A stretch of 64,000 nucleotides of DNA from Lama glama (lineage: Eukaryota), in assembly GCA_028534125.1 (NCBI GenBank), contig CM052816.1, positions 78,370,001-78,434,000 of the forward strand, written 5' to 3'. Positions 12,196 through 25,103 of this stretch are shown here, in pieces; within the stretch, counting starts at the first letter, position 1, and each line of letters starts with the position of its first letter. The position numbers were made by a program, and so were the translations under genes. A model generated the notes under the pieces. It was given only the letters and a program-made list of their open reading frames with translations, did no database searches and had not been told where the DNA came from.

Positions 12196-14546
12196 AATTA
12201 AAGTACAGTTACAATGTGTCAGCAGTTTCTGGTGGTTCAGTATGTTTCACTCGTATATATACATACATATATTCCTTTTCATATTCTCTTTCATTACAGG
12301 TTACTAGAAGATATTGAATATAATTCCCTGCTATACAGAAGAAATTTGTTGCTTATCTATTTTACATATAGTAGTTAATATCTACAAATCTCGAACTCCC
12401 AATTTATCCCTTCCCACCTGCTTTCCTCTCAGTAACCATAGGTTTGTTTCTTTCTGTAAGTCTGTTTGTTTTGTAGATAAGGTCCTTAGTGTCCTCATCT
12501 TCTTCTTTTTTTAAGATTCCACATATAAGTGATATCATATAATATTTTTCTTTCTCTTCCTAGCTTACATTCACTTAGAATGACAATCTCCAGGTCCATC
12601 TATGTTGCTGCAAATGGCATTATTTTTATTTTTTATGGCCAAGTAGTATTCCTTTGTATAAATATACAACAACTTCCTTATTCAGTCCTCTGCTGATGGA
12701 CACTTAGGTTGTTTCCCTGTCTTGGCTACTGTATATGCTACTGCTATGAGCATTGGGGTGCATGTATCTTTTCAAATTAGAGTTCCTACCAGATATATGC
12801 CCCGATGTGGGATTGCTGAATCATATGCTAAGTCTACTTTTAGTATTTTGAGGAATCTCCACAATGGCTGCAGCAAACTACATTCCTCCCAGTAGTGTAG
12901 GAGGGTTGCCTTTTCTCCACACCCTCTCCAGCATTTATCATTTGCAGACGTTTTGATGATGGTCATTTCGACTGGTGTGAGGTGATATCTCATGGTAGTT
13001 TTGATTTGCATTTCTCTGATAATTAGTGATATTTAGCATTTTTTCATGTGCCTATTGGCCATTTGTATGTCTTCATTGGAGAAATGCTTGTTTAGGTCTT
13101 CTACCCATTTTTGCATTTTTTTTTGTCATTAAGTTGTATGAGCTGTATATATTCTGGAAATTAAACTTTTTCACTTGCATTATTTGCAAATATTTTCTCC
13201 CATTCCATAGGTTATCATTTTGTTTTGCTTATGGTTTCCTTTGCTGTGCAAAGCTTCTAAGTTTAATTAGGTCCCATTTGTTTATTTTTGCTTTTATTTC
13301 TATCGCCTGGGTAGACTGCCCTAGGAGAAACATTGCTAAGATAGACACTGTCATTGTCAGAGAATGCTTTGCCTATGTTTTCTTCTAGAAGGTTTATCGT
13401 ATCTCATCTTACATTTTTTTTCATCCTACATTTAAGTCTAAGCCATTTTGAGTTTATTTTTGTGTGTGATGTGAGTGTTCTAACTTCACTGATTTACATG
13501 CTGCTGTCCAGTTTTCCCAACACCACTTGCTGAACAGACTGTCTTTTCTCCATTGCATATTCTTGCCTCCTTTGTTGAAGATTAATTGACCATAAGCCTG
13601 TAGGTTTATTTCTGGACTCTCTGTTCTGTTCCACTGATCCATATGTCTGTTTTTGTGCCAGTACAATGCTATTTTGATTACTGTAGCTCTGTAGCATTGT
13701 CTTAAGTCTGGAAGGGTTACTCCTCCAGCTTCGTTTTTTATATTCAGTATTGCTTTGGCAATTCTAGGTCTTTTGTGATTCCATGTAAATTTTAGATTAT
13801 TTGTTCTAGTTCTGTGAAAAACATCCTGGGTAATTTGATAGGGATCAAATTAAATTTGTAGACTGCTTTGGGTAGTATGGTCATTTTAACAATATTAATT
13901 CTTCCAATCCAAGAGCATAGGATATCTTCCCATTTCTTTAAGTCATCTTTTATTTCCTTAATCAATGTTTTGTAGTTTTCCGCATATAAGTTTTTACCTC
14001 CTTGGTCAGATTTATTCCTAGTATTTTATTACTTTGAATGCAATTTTAAAAGGGATTGTTTCTTTACTTTCTTTTCCCGATATTTCACCGTTAGTGTAAA
14101 GAAATGCAACTGATTTCTGTATGTTAATCTTGTATCACCCAACATTGCTGAATTCTTTTATCAGCTCTAATAGTTTCTGCGTGGAGCTTTTAGGGTTTCC
14201 TGTATCTAGTATCATGTCATCTGCATATAGTGATAATTTTACCTCTTCTCTTCCAATTTGGATCCCTTTTCTTTCTTTTTTCTTGTCTGAATGCTATGGC
14301 TAGGACTTTCAATACTATGTTGAGTAGAAGTGAGAGTGGGCTTCCTTGTCCTTCTCCAGATTTACGGAGAGAGCTTTCAACTTTTCACCACTGAGTATTA
14401 TGCTGGCTGTGGGTTTGTCAGCTTTTATTATGTTGAGGTATGTTCCCTCTATACCAACTTTGGTTAGAGTTTTTATTACAAATGGGTGTTGAACTTTATC
14501 AAATGCCTTTTCTGTATCTCTTGAGATGATCATGTGATTTTTGTTC
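12196..14546 (-). mobile_element. Lineage-specific L1, 5'-truncated (~2.35 kb), with 12-bp TSD
   Basis: ORF2 remnants [47 protein letters not shown] ccatcttatttt at 12184-12195 and 14547-14558. Confidence 0.92.
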
Positions 14547-14715
14547 CCATCTTATTTTTGATGGATTTCAAAGTAAATTGTAGACATCAATATACTCCCT
14601 CTTTCCTTGAGATAAAATTTACATGAAATGATATGTACAAATCTTCAGTGTACATTTGCCCAGTTCTGTTAAATGCATTCACCTATATAACTAAAACTCC
14701 CTACCAATATAAAGG

Positions 14716-14886
14716 ACTGTGTTTCTCCATCTTTAGCTTGTATCAGAATCATCTAGAGATTCTGTTAAACTGTAGAATAATGGGCCCCAACTTCAGAGTT
14801 ACTGATTAATAAAGTCCAGGGTAAAGCCCCAGAATTTCATTTCTAACAAGTTGCAGGTAATCTTGATAACTTTTAGAACCACTGAT
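14716..14886 (+). mobile_element. MER5A-like hAT-Charlie element
   Basis: tcagaatcatctagag...cagagttactgatt...atttctaacaagtt...agaaccactg. Confidence 0.75.
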
Positions 14887-15222
14887 ACAGATTATTGCTA
14901 TCACTTTCTAGAAGTTCCCTCATGTTCCTTCTCAGTCAATCACTGGCCCCCTGCAACCACTCTTCAGATTTTTTCCAAATTTTTTCCAATATAGATTAGT
15001 TTAGCCTCTCCTAGAGCCTCATAAAACTGGAATGAAAATATGTACTCTTTTGTGTAAGGCTTCTTTCACTCTGCATAATGTTTTTATTTGTTACCTATGT
15101 TGCTGTATGTATTAATACTCTGTTCATTTATGAAATGCTGTACTATTACATTGTACGGATTCATCAGGTTTTTTATCCATTCATCGGTTGATGGAGATAG
15201 AGATAGCATTTGATTGTAAACT

Positions 15223-15735
15223 CAGGCAGTAGAAACCAAGCTGCTCCTCAGTCCTTTGCTTAGAAATCTCCTCAAGCTAAATACCCTGTTTCATCGCTTG
15301 AAGGTCTATCTTTCACAAAAAACTGGAACACACAATTCAGCTAAGTTCTTTGCCGTGTTATAATAAGGACTGTTTTTTCTCCATTGTCCAACAGCATGTT
15401 CTTCATCTGCATCTGAGACCTCATCAGAACAGCCTTTAACCATCCATATTTCTACCAACATTCTGTACATGATTATATGTATGCTCTAAAGAGAAGGAAG
15501 CTTTCCCACAGCTCTCCTCTTTTCTTTCCAAGCCCTCACCGGAACTGCCCTTAAATGTCTCTTTGCAGTCGTATCAGTTTTTTCTAGCATGCATCTCAAA
15601 ACTGTTCTGGAGTCTTCTAATTATCCAATTTCAAAGTCATCCCACATTTTAGGTGATTTATTTAAGCTGCACCCCACTGTTGGTACCAAATTCTTAGTCA
15701 GCTTGGGCTGCTTTAACAAATACCACACACTTTAA
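15223..15735 (-). mobile_element. MaLR (MLT1A/MST-type) internal 5' part plus LTR-end remnant
   Basis: tctgagacctcatcagaacagcc...ccacattttaggt...tggtacc (PBS-like, 15681-15687), then ttagtcagcttgggctgctttaacaaataccac. Confidence 0.7.
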
Positions 15736-15749
15736 CAACACCAAACTGT

Positions 15750-18400
15750 ACTGTCCTGCCTCAGGGGTATATTAACTCTCCAGTCACACATTATAATTTA
15801 TTTTACAGGGTCTGGATTACTTTTCCCTTTAACAAGATATCACACTGGCCCATTAAGTTGATGACATCACACTGACTACCTGAGTAAGCAACAAGTAGAA
15901 ACTATACTTACTGGTAAGACATGTGTGTCAGAGAGTGGGAAATAAATCCAACAAATTTTAGGGGTCTTCTACTTCAGAGGGATTCCTGGGGGCCTACTGG
16001 CGTGGGGCATGTTGAGATATCCCTTCTAAAAGAATAAGATGTTGCATCTGGCAAGCTCTACAACCAGAAAAGAGGCTCAATGCCTAGTGGGCTTCTTTGA
16101 ATTTTGGAGGCAACAAATTCCTCATTTGGGTGTATCAGTCTGGCCCATTTACTGAGTGACCTGAGAAGCTGCCAGTGTTGAGTGGGACCCAGAACAGAAG
16201 GCAGGTCTGGAATAGGTCAAGGCTACTGTGCAAGCTACTCTGCAGCTTGGGCCATGTGATCTAGAAGACCCAGTGCTTGAAGTGTCAGTGGCAGGCAGGG
16301 ATGCTGTTTGGAGCCTTTGGCCAGCCCCCTAGAGGTGAACTGCAGTACAGGCCTTTAGGATTTTGGAGTCTGCCATCCTCCATGAATAACTAAACTCCTT
16401 TTGAGAAGAGCTCTTGGCATGCTACTGTGCCTTAGCAGATACTAAATGCCTAGCCACGGACCACCAAATTATCATGCATTCCAAGTTGCTCATCATGAAC
16501 TGAGTCCTATTTGGTCAAGCCTAAAGTTGTGTGTGCATAGCAGCACTCACTCTATCATCAAATGGAAGTGGTAAATATGTGACTGGGTCAGAGGAGGCCA
16601 AACAGCACAAGTTAGTAACATGAAGTGGCCAAAATGTCTACCGTCCCCACTTCTGCTATACTGCCTTTTTTCTCCCAGCCTGTACCTGTGGCCTTATGGG
16701 GAATTCTCTATGATCAGCTGACAGATGAAGAGAAGACTTGGGTTTGATTTATAGATAGGTCTGCACAACATGCAGGTACCACCCAAAAGTGAACAGTTGC
16801 AACAATACATCCCCAAAGGACAGTGGTGAAGAGAAATTTTCTCACTGGGCAGAACTTCAAGCTGTGCATTTAGTTGTTCACTTTTGTTGGAAGAAGAAAT
16901 GACCAGAGGTGTGATTATACACTGATTCATGGGTTAATGGCCAATGGTTTGGCTGGAATGGTCAGGGACTTGGAAGGAAGGAACATGGCAATGACAAGGA
17001 TATCCGGGGAAAGTTAGTGACAAGGCATGAGGATAGACATCTCTGAATGCATTAAAAAATGAAGATATTTATGTTCCACATGAATCTTCACCAAAGGGTG
17101 ACCTCACCAGAAAGGGATTTTAATAATCAAGTGGATAGGTTGACTTGTTCTGCAGATAGCTGCTCTGAGGATATCAACTTCTTTCCCTAGCTACTCCTGT
17201 CACCACCCAATGGGCTCATGAACTAACTGTCCATGGTGGCAGGGATGGAGGTCATGCAAAAGCTCAGCAACATGGACTTCTACTCACCAGGGCCGATCTG
17301 GCTATGGCCACGACTAAGTGCCCAACGTGCCAGCAGTAGAGATCAAAAATGAGTTCCTGACATGGAATGATTTCCTGGGTTATCAACCAGCTACCTGGTG
17401 ACAGGCTGATTACACTGAACTGCTTCCATCATGGAAGGGGCAGCATTTTGTTCTTACTGGAATACATACTTACTCTGGACACAGATTACCTTTCCTGCAT
17501 GCAATGCTTCTGCCAGAACTACCACCTGGGGACTTACAGAATACTCTATCCACTGTAACGGTATTCCATACAGCATTGCTTTTGATTAAGAAAATCACTT
17601 CATAGCAGAAGTGCAGCAATGGGTCTATGCTCATGTTTACCATGCTCTACCCATCCTGATGCAGCTGACTTGACAGAAAGTGGACCAGTCTTTTAAAGAC
17701 TCAGTTACAGCACCAGATAGGTGGCAATATCTTGCATGGTGGTAGCAAGATTCTCCAGCAGGCCTTATGCTCTTAATCAGCATCCAATACACAGTGGTGT
17801 TCAGTCAACAGCCAGGTTTAACGGTCCAGGAATCAAGGGGTGGGAATGTGAGGGGCAGCACTCACCAGACAAAGAACCATGACCACCTGAGGTGCTGGCT
17901 GAAGGCAAACAGAATGCAGATTCAGCAGTGGAAGAAGGTAGTTATAAATACCAGCTGTGACCACAATAAGCTACAGAAACAGGACTTTGTCATGAGTATT
18001 TCCTACTCATTCTGTCATGAATACATCTGTGTGTGTGTTTATGGGTGTGTGTTATATGTATGGAGGAGGGAGAGGGGGCAGGGAGAGAGAAAGTGAGAAA
18101 ATATTTTTGTTTTTTTCCCCTCTCTTAGCCCCTTACCATGTAACATAAAATGTATTGACTTCATATTATAGTATTTAAGGGTTGTTAATCTGACATCATA
18201 GTACTTAAGTTATGGGATATCAAGAAGAGTAAACATCACTCAAGGACTTTTTCTTCTGGGAAAGAGGTTAGCACCATTTTCCGTTGTATGCAGGATAGGT
18301 AATCATGTTAAGTGGAATTATGACCTTCTTATTGTCATTATTTGAAGATTAAGTATGGTTTAAGGGGATGTATATAGGTACCAAGTTAACAAAAGATGGA
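15750..18400 (+). mobile_element. ERVL internal region (degenerate pol: RT, RNase H, IN), 5'-truncated
   Basis: TVLPQGYINSP at 15750-15782, LAH*VDDI (YIDD motif) at 15845-15868, YTDSW near 16918, CPTCQQ near 17319; many stops and frameshifts. Confidence 0.88.
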
Positions 18401-18402
18401 AT

Positions 18403-18882
18403 CATGATGGTTAGTTTTAAGTGTTAATTTGATCAGGCCAAGGGATGCTCAGTTATCTGGTCAAACATTATTTCTGGGTGTTGGTCAATGAGGGTGGTTC
18501 TAAATGAGATTAGCATTTGAATTTGTGGACAAAGCAGACTGCCCTCTCCAATATGGGTGGCATCAAACAATCAATTAAGGGCCTGAATAGAACAAGAGGC
18601 AGAGGAAGGAAGAATCCATTCTCTGACTACTTGGGCTGGGACACTGGTCTCCTCCTGCTTTCGGACTGGGATTTACACTATCAGCCTCCCTAGTTCAGGC
18701 CTAGGAACCAAACTACTGAACTACACACTAGTGGCTTCTCTGGGCCTCCAGTTTGCAGATAGCAGATTGTGGGATTTAAGAGTGCCATAATCACATGAGC
18801 CAATTCCTTATAATAAATCTTTTCCCTTCTCTCTCTTTCTCACTATCTTGTTCTGTTTCTCTGGAGAACCATAATTAATATA
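18403..18882 (+). mobile_element. MLT2-family LTR (3' LTR of the ERVL)
   Basis: tgatggttagttttaagtgttaatttga...ctggtcaaacattatttctgggtgt...aataaatc...ttctgtttctctggagaacc. Confidence 0.88.
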
Positions 18883-20539
18883 TGTCCCTTTTGAGTTAAT
18901 CCCTGGACCCCTGCAATAACCCTTCTGATTTTTCTAGTACAGATTAGTTTTACCTCTCCTAGATCTTCATATAAATAGAATAAGAATACCGACTCTTCTG
19001 TGTGAGGCTTCCTTCACTCTGCATAATATTTTTATTAATCGTATGTGTTGCTGTATGTATCAGTCTGTTCCTTTTTGACGCGAAGCATTATCAAATTGTA
19101 TGGATATATTAGTTTTCCTACTCATTCACTGGTTGATGGAAATAAGAACATTTGATATAAACTTCAACAAGGAGATCTTGTTTTGGATTACAAAGGCCAG
19201 AAACAGATGAAATATAGGTTTATGCAAGTTTTTTCATTGCCTGTATTTTCTCATAAACTAAAAAAGGGTCACAGTCTTAGATCATAAGCAATGAAATGAG
19301 TGGCACTATAAAATTAATTTAATTTTGTGCACCCATCATAGGCTATGACAGTAGTTTCAACTAATTGGACCACTTTTAAGAAACTTAAAAAGAAAATGTA
19401 AAGACCTTCATGATAGAACTTTTTCATTCACATACTACTGAAAAACCACAAAAAGCTATGAAATCATTAAAAGTTATAAAGGAAATGAATTACCACACAT
19501 TTGAAAAATGAATATACGTTTGTGTATACAAATATTTGACATACTAACAAAATATGTAGTCGGTGAATAGAGTTTGATGCATGTGTAAATTTGAAGCTAT
19601 GTCACATAGTATTTCAAATTTCCCTAGGAAACCACATTCCATGAATTGGGAACCACCAATCTATAAGGAAGCTGACCCAACACAAAAATAATAAAAATGA
19701 GAAAAATCTGAAATTGGATGGAATGGAATGTGTACACAGGAACTCAAGTGGAAATAGCTAAGTGTGCTTGCTAATTATCTTGACTTACGAATATTCACTA
19801 ATTCCAGCAGTCTATTCTTTGTATCCTTCCTAGCTTCTCTTAACATTTATGCACAATGTTATTACAATTACTAAGAGTGGTTACATCTCTGACACATGTA
19901 TTTAGATAAATATTTTTAGTGTTCTTCATTTCATTACACTAAACTTTGTTAGTCTAATGACTGTATCAAAAAGTCACAGTGTCATTTTGGTAAACTAAAT
20001 AGTTGGCAGAAACTAAATTAGGAAAGCAATGAATAGGAAGAATGGGTTGAATGGACAACTAGAGAGTGAAGTTAGAAAAAATATAAAACCACTGCTAAGA
20101 GGTTATAAATCTAGTGTTTTCTTTTTTACTTCTAACTTGCCCATAATACATAGGGATATTATCTCAGATTCTTTTTTATTAATACTAAATAATGACATTT
20201 CTGATAGCTACTCTTCTTACTTTTTATTATACATTTATTATAATTATCATATGAAATATGATTTGTAGAGCTTCTTAGAAATTATTATGTCCGCTTACAA
20301 ATAGCTGACATAAATAAAACTAAGATGGTCAAAAGGCTCTACAATACACAACTAATTGTTTGACTTAGGAGGGAAAGGATGCTGCATATATCATGTAAAA
20401 TTATGAAAATTATAAAATGGAAGATGACTGATAAAGAGAGTCCACAGTATTATAGACTGAATAACATAAGCAAACACCATGAGGGTGTTTAAAAAAGATA
20501 CCTTAAATTTTTTAAAATAGCTATATGTTACTGCACATG

Positions 20540-21180
20540 ACCAGAATGCTTTAAACTGTGGTTTAACGGCTGAAATTAAAAAGACTGACAATACCAACTA
20601 CTGGTGAGGGTGTGGAGCAAAGGAACATTGCTGGTGGAAATGCAAAATGGTTCAGCCATTTTGGAAAAACAGCTTGGCAGTTTCTCACTCCCCACATGAC
20701 CCAGCAATCACATTCATAGGAATTTACCCAAGAGAAGTGAAAATGCACATCCCCACAAAAACTTGCCCACAACTATTGATAGCAGCACTATTCGTAATAG
20801 CCCAAACTGGAAACAACCTAGAACTCTATAATTTGTGAATTAAGAAATTATGATACATCCATACTATCAATGCTACTCAGCAATAAAAAGGAATAAAATA
20901 TTAATACACTAGTAACGTTCTATTAGTTATAAGAAGTCAAACGCAAAATACAAGCTGTATGATTCCATTAATGTGAAATTCTACAAAGGGTACAACTATG
21001 TTGACAAAAATGGGTCAACGGTTTGCAAGGGCCAGGGGGAGAGAATCAACTACAAAGTGGCACCAGGAAGCTTTTAAGAGTGATATTCTTACATCACTGT
21101 ATATAATTATTAAAATTAATCGACCTGCCCATCTAAAACTGGCAAATATTTTGCATGTAAATCATGCTCAATGAAATACT
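20540..21180 (+). mobile_element. Old L1 3' end (L1MB/MC/ME-like)
   Basis: ORF2 C-terminal remnant MVQPFWKNSLAVS..PHDPAITFIGIYPREVK, followed by 3' UTR motifs. Confidence 0.8.
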
Positions 21181-21299
21181 TTTGGTTGATTGTCAAAAAT
21201 GTTATTAAATACAGTTTTATTACTGAAGTTATCACTAAAAGTAAAAAATTAAACAAACAGACCTAGCAGTAAACTGCTGACATAATCAAACAGAAAAAA

Positions 21300-22850
21300 T
21301 TATTTCAAGATAGACTTTTAATGGTTTATATTTATCGAGCTTAGATAAAAAGAAATGCAAAGAAAATGTGAAACTGTCCAATAATCTTATCATTAACATA
21401 GTAGGGCAAAAGCAAATAGGAAATTATGTTTATTTCCTTGGGAGCTAAGATTTTCAGCCTAAAGGAAAGAATAAAACCAAAGAAGAAGAAACTCAAAATC
21501 TTAAATTTGAACTAAAGATTTCAATGTAAATTCTTGATTTCTTTTTTTTCTTTCTAAAAAATACATATTTTTTAGCTCTATCCTCTAAAAAGGACCAAAA
21601 CTATGATAACTCACTAGCAATGAATATTCACAACACCCAGATTATTCCCAGTAAAGGGAATTAGCTCTCTTTGACAAAATGAATGATTTCAGGTTTGGGA
21701 CAGAAAATGTGCAAGTTGAGTCTGGGGTATCTTGAAGAGGCAGAAAGTGATTAGGCTACAAAAGAGCAATGAGGTTATACCAAAAAGATACAAGACCAAC
21801 TTGAAGGGACTATCTCTGGGCAAAGATGAAACAAGCTGAGTTTCAAAAACAATTACAACTGCAATGAATTAAGATACAAACGCATAAAAATCTATTAATT
21901 CACACTGATATTAAAAATAAATGAACTCTTTATTCACCTTTGAAAATTGACAGGAAAATTCATTATTCTGAAAATTGGTAAGTAATGGAAAAGAAAAAAG
22001 CATTTCCCTCGCCTTTCTTGCACAAACTATAGTAACCAAATAATCAGGACAAAATTCTTCTTTAAAGAAGAATCCTAGCTAATTCATATGGAAGAAATAA
22101 AATAATTAGAAAAAACTCAGTATGTTGCAAGGTAATGGTCATTTAAAAACCAATTCTGAAAGACTTTAAAATAGAAGTACCAGGCACTGAACGATCACTA
22201 AAAATGGGACAACCAAATATTATGTGCCTACTGATGTGATGCAATAATATTCAGCATCACCTATGAAATATTCTTGTCTCATATTCCTAAAACTGAACTT
22301 CAGTATTATTAAACCTCTAGATCTAACTAAGAGTTTACAGGAAAAAAGAGTGGACAGAGGAACAACTTAAATGATATCAGAAAGAAGAGATCTATGAAAT
22401 CCAGAATGTGGGACATTCAACAGGAGAACACCTAAGTGGCTTGGAAAAAGGAGAAATGAGGGGTTGACTATTATAGACTAAGTCTTATGAGTCATGTCAA
22501 CCAAAGCGACTGCAAATCAACTATAAGAATATATTTTTGAGGCAATTAGGGAAATGTGAATGCTGACTAGGTGTCAGATACTAGGAAATAATTTATTAAC
22601 ATTTATTCTGATATAGATGACAATTATATTCTGGTTACTTTTTAAAAAGTCATTTCTATTAGAGATAGATACTAAAGTATTTATGGGTCAAATGATATAA
22701 AATATGAGATTTGCTTTAAAGTATTATAGCCAAAAGGAAAAAAAAAGATTGGAGAGGAATAAAAATAAACAGAATATTAGGTAAATGCTGATAATTTTTG
22801 AAGCTGGGTGATGGGCACTTCTATGTATTTGAAATGTCTTAAACAAAAAA
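21300..22850 (+). mobile_element. Very old L1ME 3' UTR fragments
   Basis: cagcatcacctatgaaatattcttg, aaatccagaatgtgggacatt, gaagctgggtgatggg; boundaries approximate. Confidence 0.55.
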
Positions 22851-23247
22851 ATTCATAGGGAGCTAAATATTTCCAGATATGAAATTCTGAAAAAACACAA
22901 ACTGCAGTTGAATTCTGTACTACTGCAGGAAATTCTATAAATTTTATAACATGTCAAATAATGTAAATATATACTTAATGAAATCTGTATATCTATTTAT
23001 AGACCTCATCTCTATCTTCTAGATTAAAAGGATAAGAGGAAATAATTATCTAGAAAGATGGGAAGACAGAATATAAATTAGTGATTTGTACGACTTACTT
23101 GTAAAAAGTAACTCAATAATCAATTAAATAGGGCTAGCAACCAAAACATACAGCCTAATACATTAAAATAAATTTTCTTTAGCACAAAGCAAATACTTCA
23201 AAAATAACTGAAAAAGTACTTTCAAATCATAGTCTATAAACACTCAC

Positions 23248-23301
23248 GTTTTGAAGGAGTTGCTCAAACCAGTCATATCCAGTATCTCTGCATGCTGCAA
23301 C
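23248..23301 (-). CDS. NIPBL: NIPBL exon 32 (54 nt)
   Basis: VAACRDTGYDWFEQLLQN; AG/GTGAGT. Confidence 0.95.
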
Positions 23302-24127
23302 CTATGAGAGATATGGCGAAACTATCAAAATTAGAAATTTACTTTAAAATATACTTTTGCTATGCTGTAGCCTTAAGTATATAAATGTCCAGTGTTCCAA
23401 ATTAAAAAAAATTATTTAAAAAGTAAACTGTGTTTTCAGTAAGCTAATAAATTAAAGAATTTTGTTCTAAATATACCTCAGAAGACATTCAAGTAATTAA
23501 TGTATTGAAATTAAATATGGTATTACATTTTGAACAGTTATCTTGAATCATATACTGTCAGAAAAATCTGTACGGTCCAAAATGATAAAAAATGAACTAT
23601 TTGCTTCTCATTGTTCTAGATAACAAAGACATCAGTGAATCAGAGATGATCATGTAATCTGTAGTAAAAAATTTCTTATGTTCAAAACATGAAAAGTATT
23701 CTGGGTCAAAGAAATTATAGCTTATGTACATAATTAAACAAAAGAAATTAATCTTTATTCATGTTTTCTAAAAAGGCAGAAATTACTGTCTTTTTTCAGG
23801 ATGCCATCTCTGGGTTACTGCATCTATACTATATCTACTGGATTACTACACTTCTTTCCCTCTCAGTTTCTAAACATTGGAATAATCTGGAGAATTTCAA
23901 TATCAGTGTTTAAGTCAATGACTGTCAAAAAGTGGGGCTAAGTAGAAACACCAATCTCCTCTTACTTGCATCCCTTGAGTATCTCCAGAAATACAAAGTA
24001 AGGGAAGTGGTACTAAATGTAGAAATTAACCAATATCTCATCACTGTCTCTCCCTTTGTAAGAAGATGAGGTAGGCCTCAATGAAGTTTGCACCCACAGG
24101 GACCACCCTTGTTCCAGTCCTTCTTAC

Positions 24128-24226
24128 CACATCAGTGATATTTAAAATTTTTCTTGTCATTGCTTCTTTGTCATTGTGTGGAGTTGGAGTAAACCAGAGT
24201 TTTTGGAATGTTTCATTTACTAATTT
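24128..24226 (-). CDS. NIPBL: NIPBL exon 31 (99 nt)
   Basis: KLVNETFQKLWFTPTPHNDKEAMTRKILNITDV; AG/GTAAGA. Confidence 0.96.
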
Positions 24227-24968
24227 CTAGAAGAAAGAAAAATATCCAACAAAGTTAACTACAACAAATGTGGCAAAATTCTTAATCCCAAATTCTCATT
24301 AAAGCCCAAAACAAAACTATAAACTAACAACACAAATTACCTGAAATTTTTGGTATGAATTTCTCAGTTTTTAAAAAAAATCACCAATTTATAATTTAAA
24401 AAATATAATCTTTCTCAATTTAGCAAAGATTTTTAATGAGTGATACAATGTGTAGTATAGAACTTCTGGATAGTATACACGCAAATGCTTTTGATCTAAC
24501 TGAAAAATTTTTTTTCTATTTTTGGGGAAGTTGTTAAAAAACAAAGAAAAGAAACTCATAAGAGAAGTACAGGGATAATCATATATGAAAACTCATTAAT
24601 GAACTCAGGATTAAACTTTCAACAAAGTATTCACTAATTCAGAAAATCAAGCACATATCACCTGAAAATCAAAATAAATTTAACTTGATAATAAACTTTT
24701 TTGTATACAATGCAATCTCTACAATGACATTAAATATTATAATTGCTAAATTGGTTGAGTAAGATTAGATTTTATTAATGAATACAAAATCTAGAAATAA
24801 CTGTATCTAAGTATGTCTTTCTCTTGAATTTATAATCTAAAATGTTGATTCACTTCTAAAGTTTTTATATATGTATAAATTAACAAAATTTAAATAAAAT
24901 AAACATTTAAATTATTTAAAACATTAATGAAAAATGAATTTTAAAGTAGTCAATGTTTTTAATCTTAC

Positions 24969-25103
24969 CTTAATGCCCTCTTCATCATTGACTCTGCGGA
25001 TCATTTTTACACACATTTCTGTAATTTTTGGAAATGTTGGTTGTTCAATACAGATGTCTCTTAGAATCTTAATTACTCTTTTTCTGACACTGATACCAGT
25101 ATC
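24969..25103 (-). CDS. NIPBL: NIPBL exon 30 (135 nt)
   Basis: DTGISVRKRVIKILRDICIEQPTFPKITEMCVKMIRRVNDEEGIK; AG/GTAAGA. Confidence 0.96.

Noticed and set aside
12772..14533. ORFs with L1 ORF2 similarity as functional genes
   Set aside because: Fragments broken by stops and frameshifts in a 5'-truncated element; the same applies to 59419-61124
15750..18096. Domesticated ERVL pol gene
   Set aside because: The Tyr of the RT YIDD motif is replaced by a stop and there are many further disruptions
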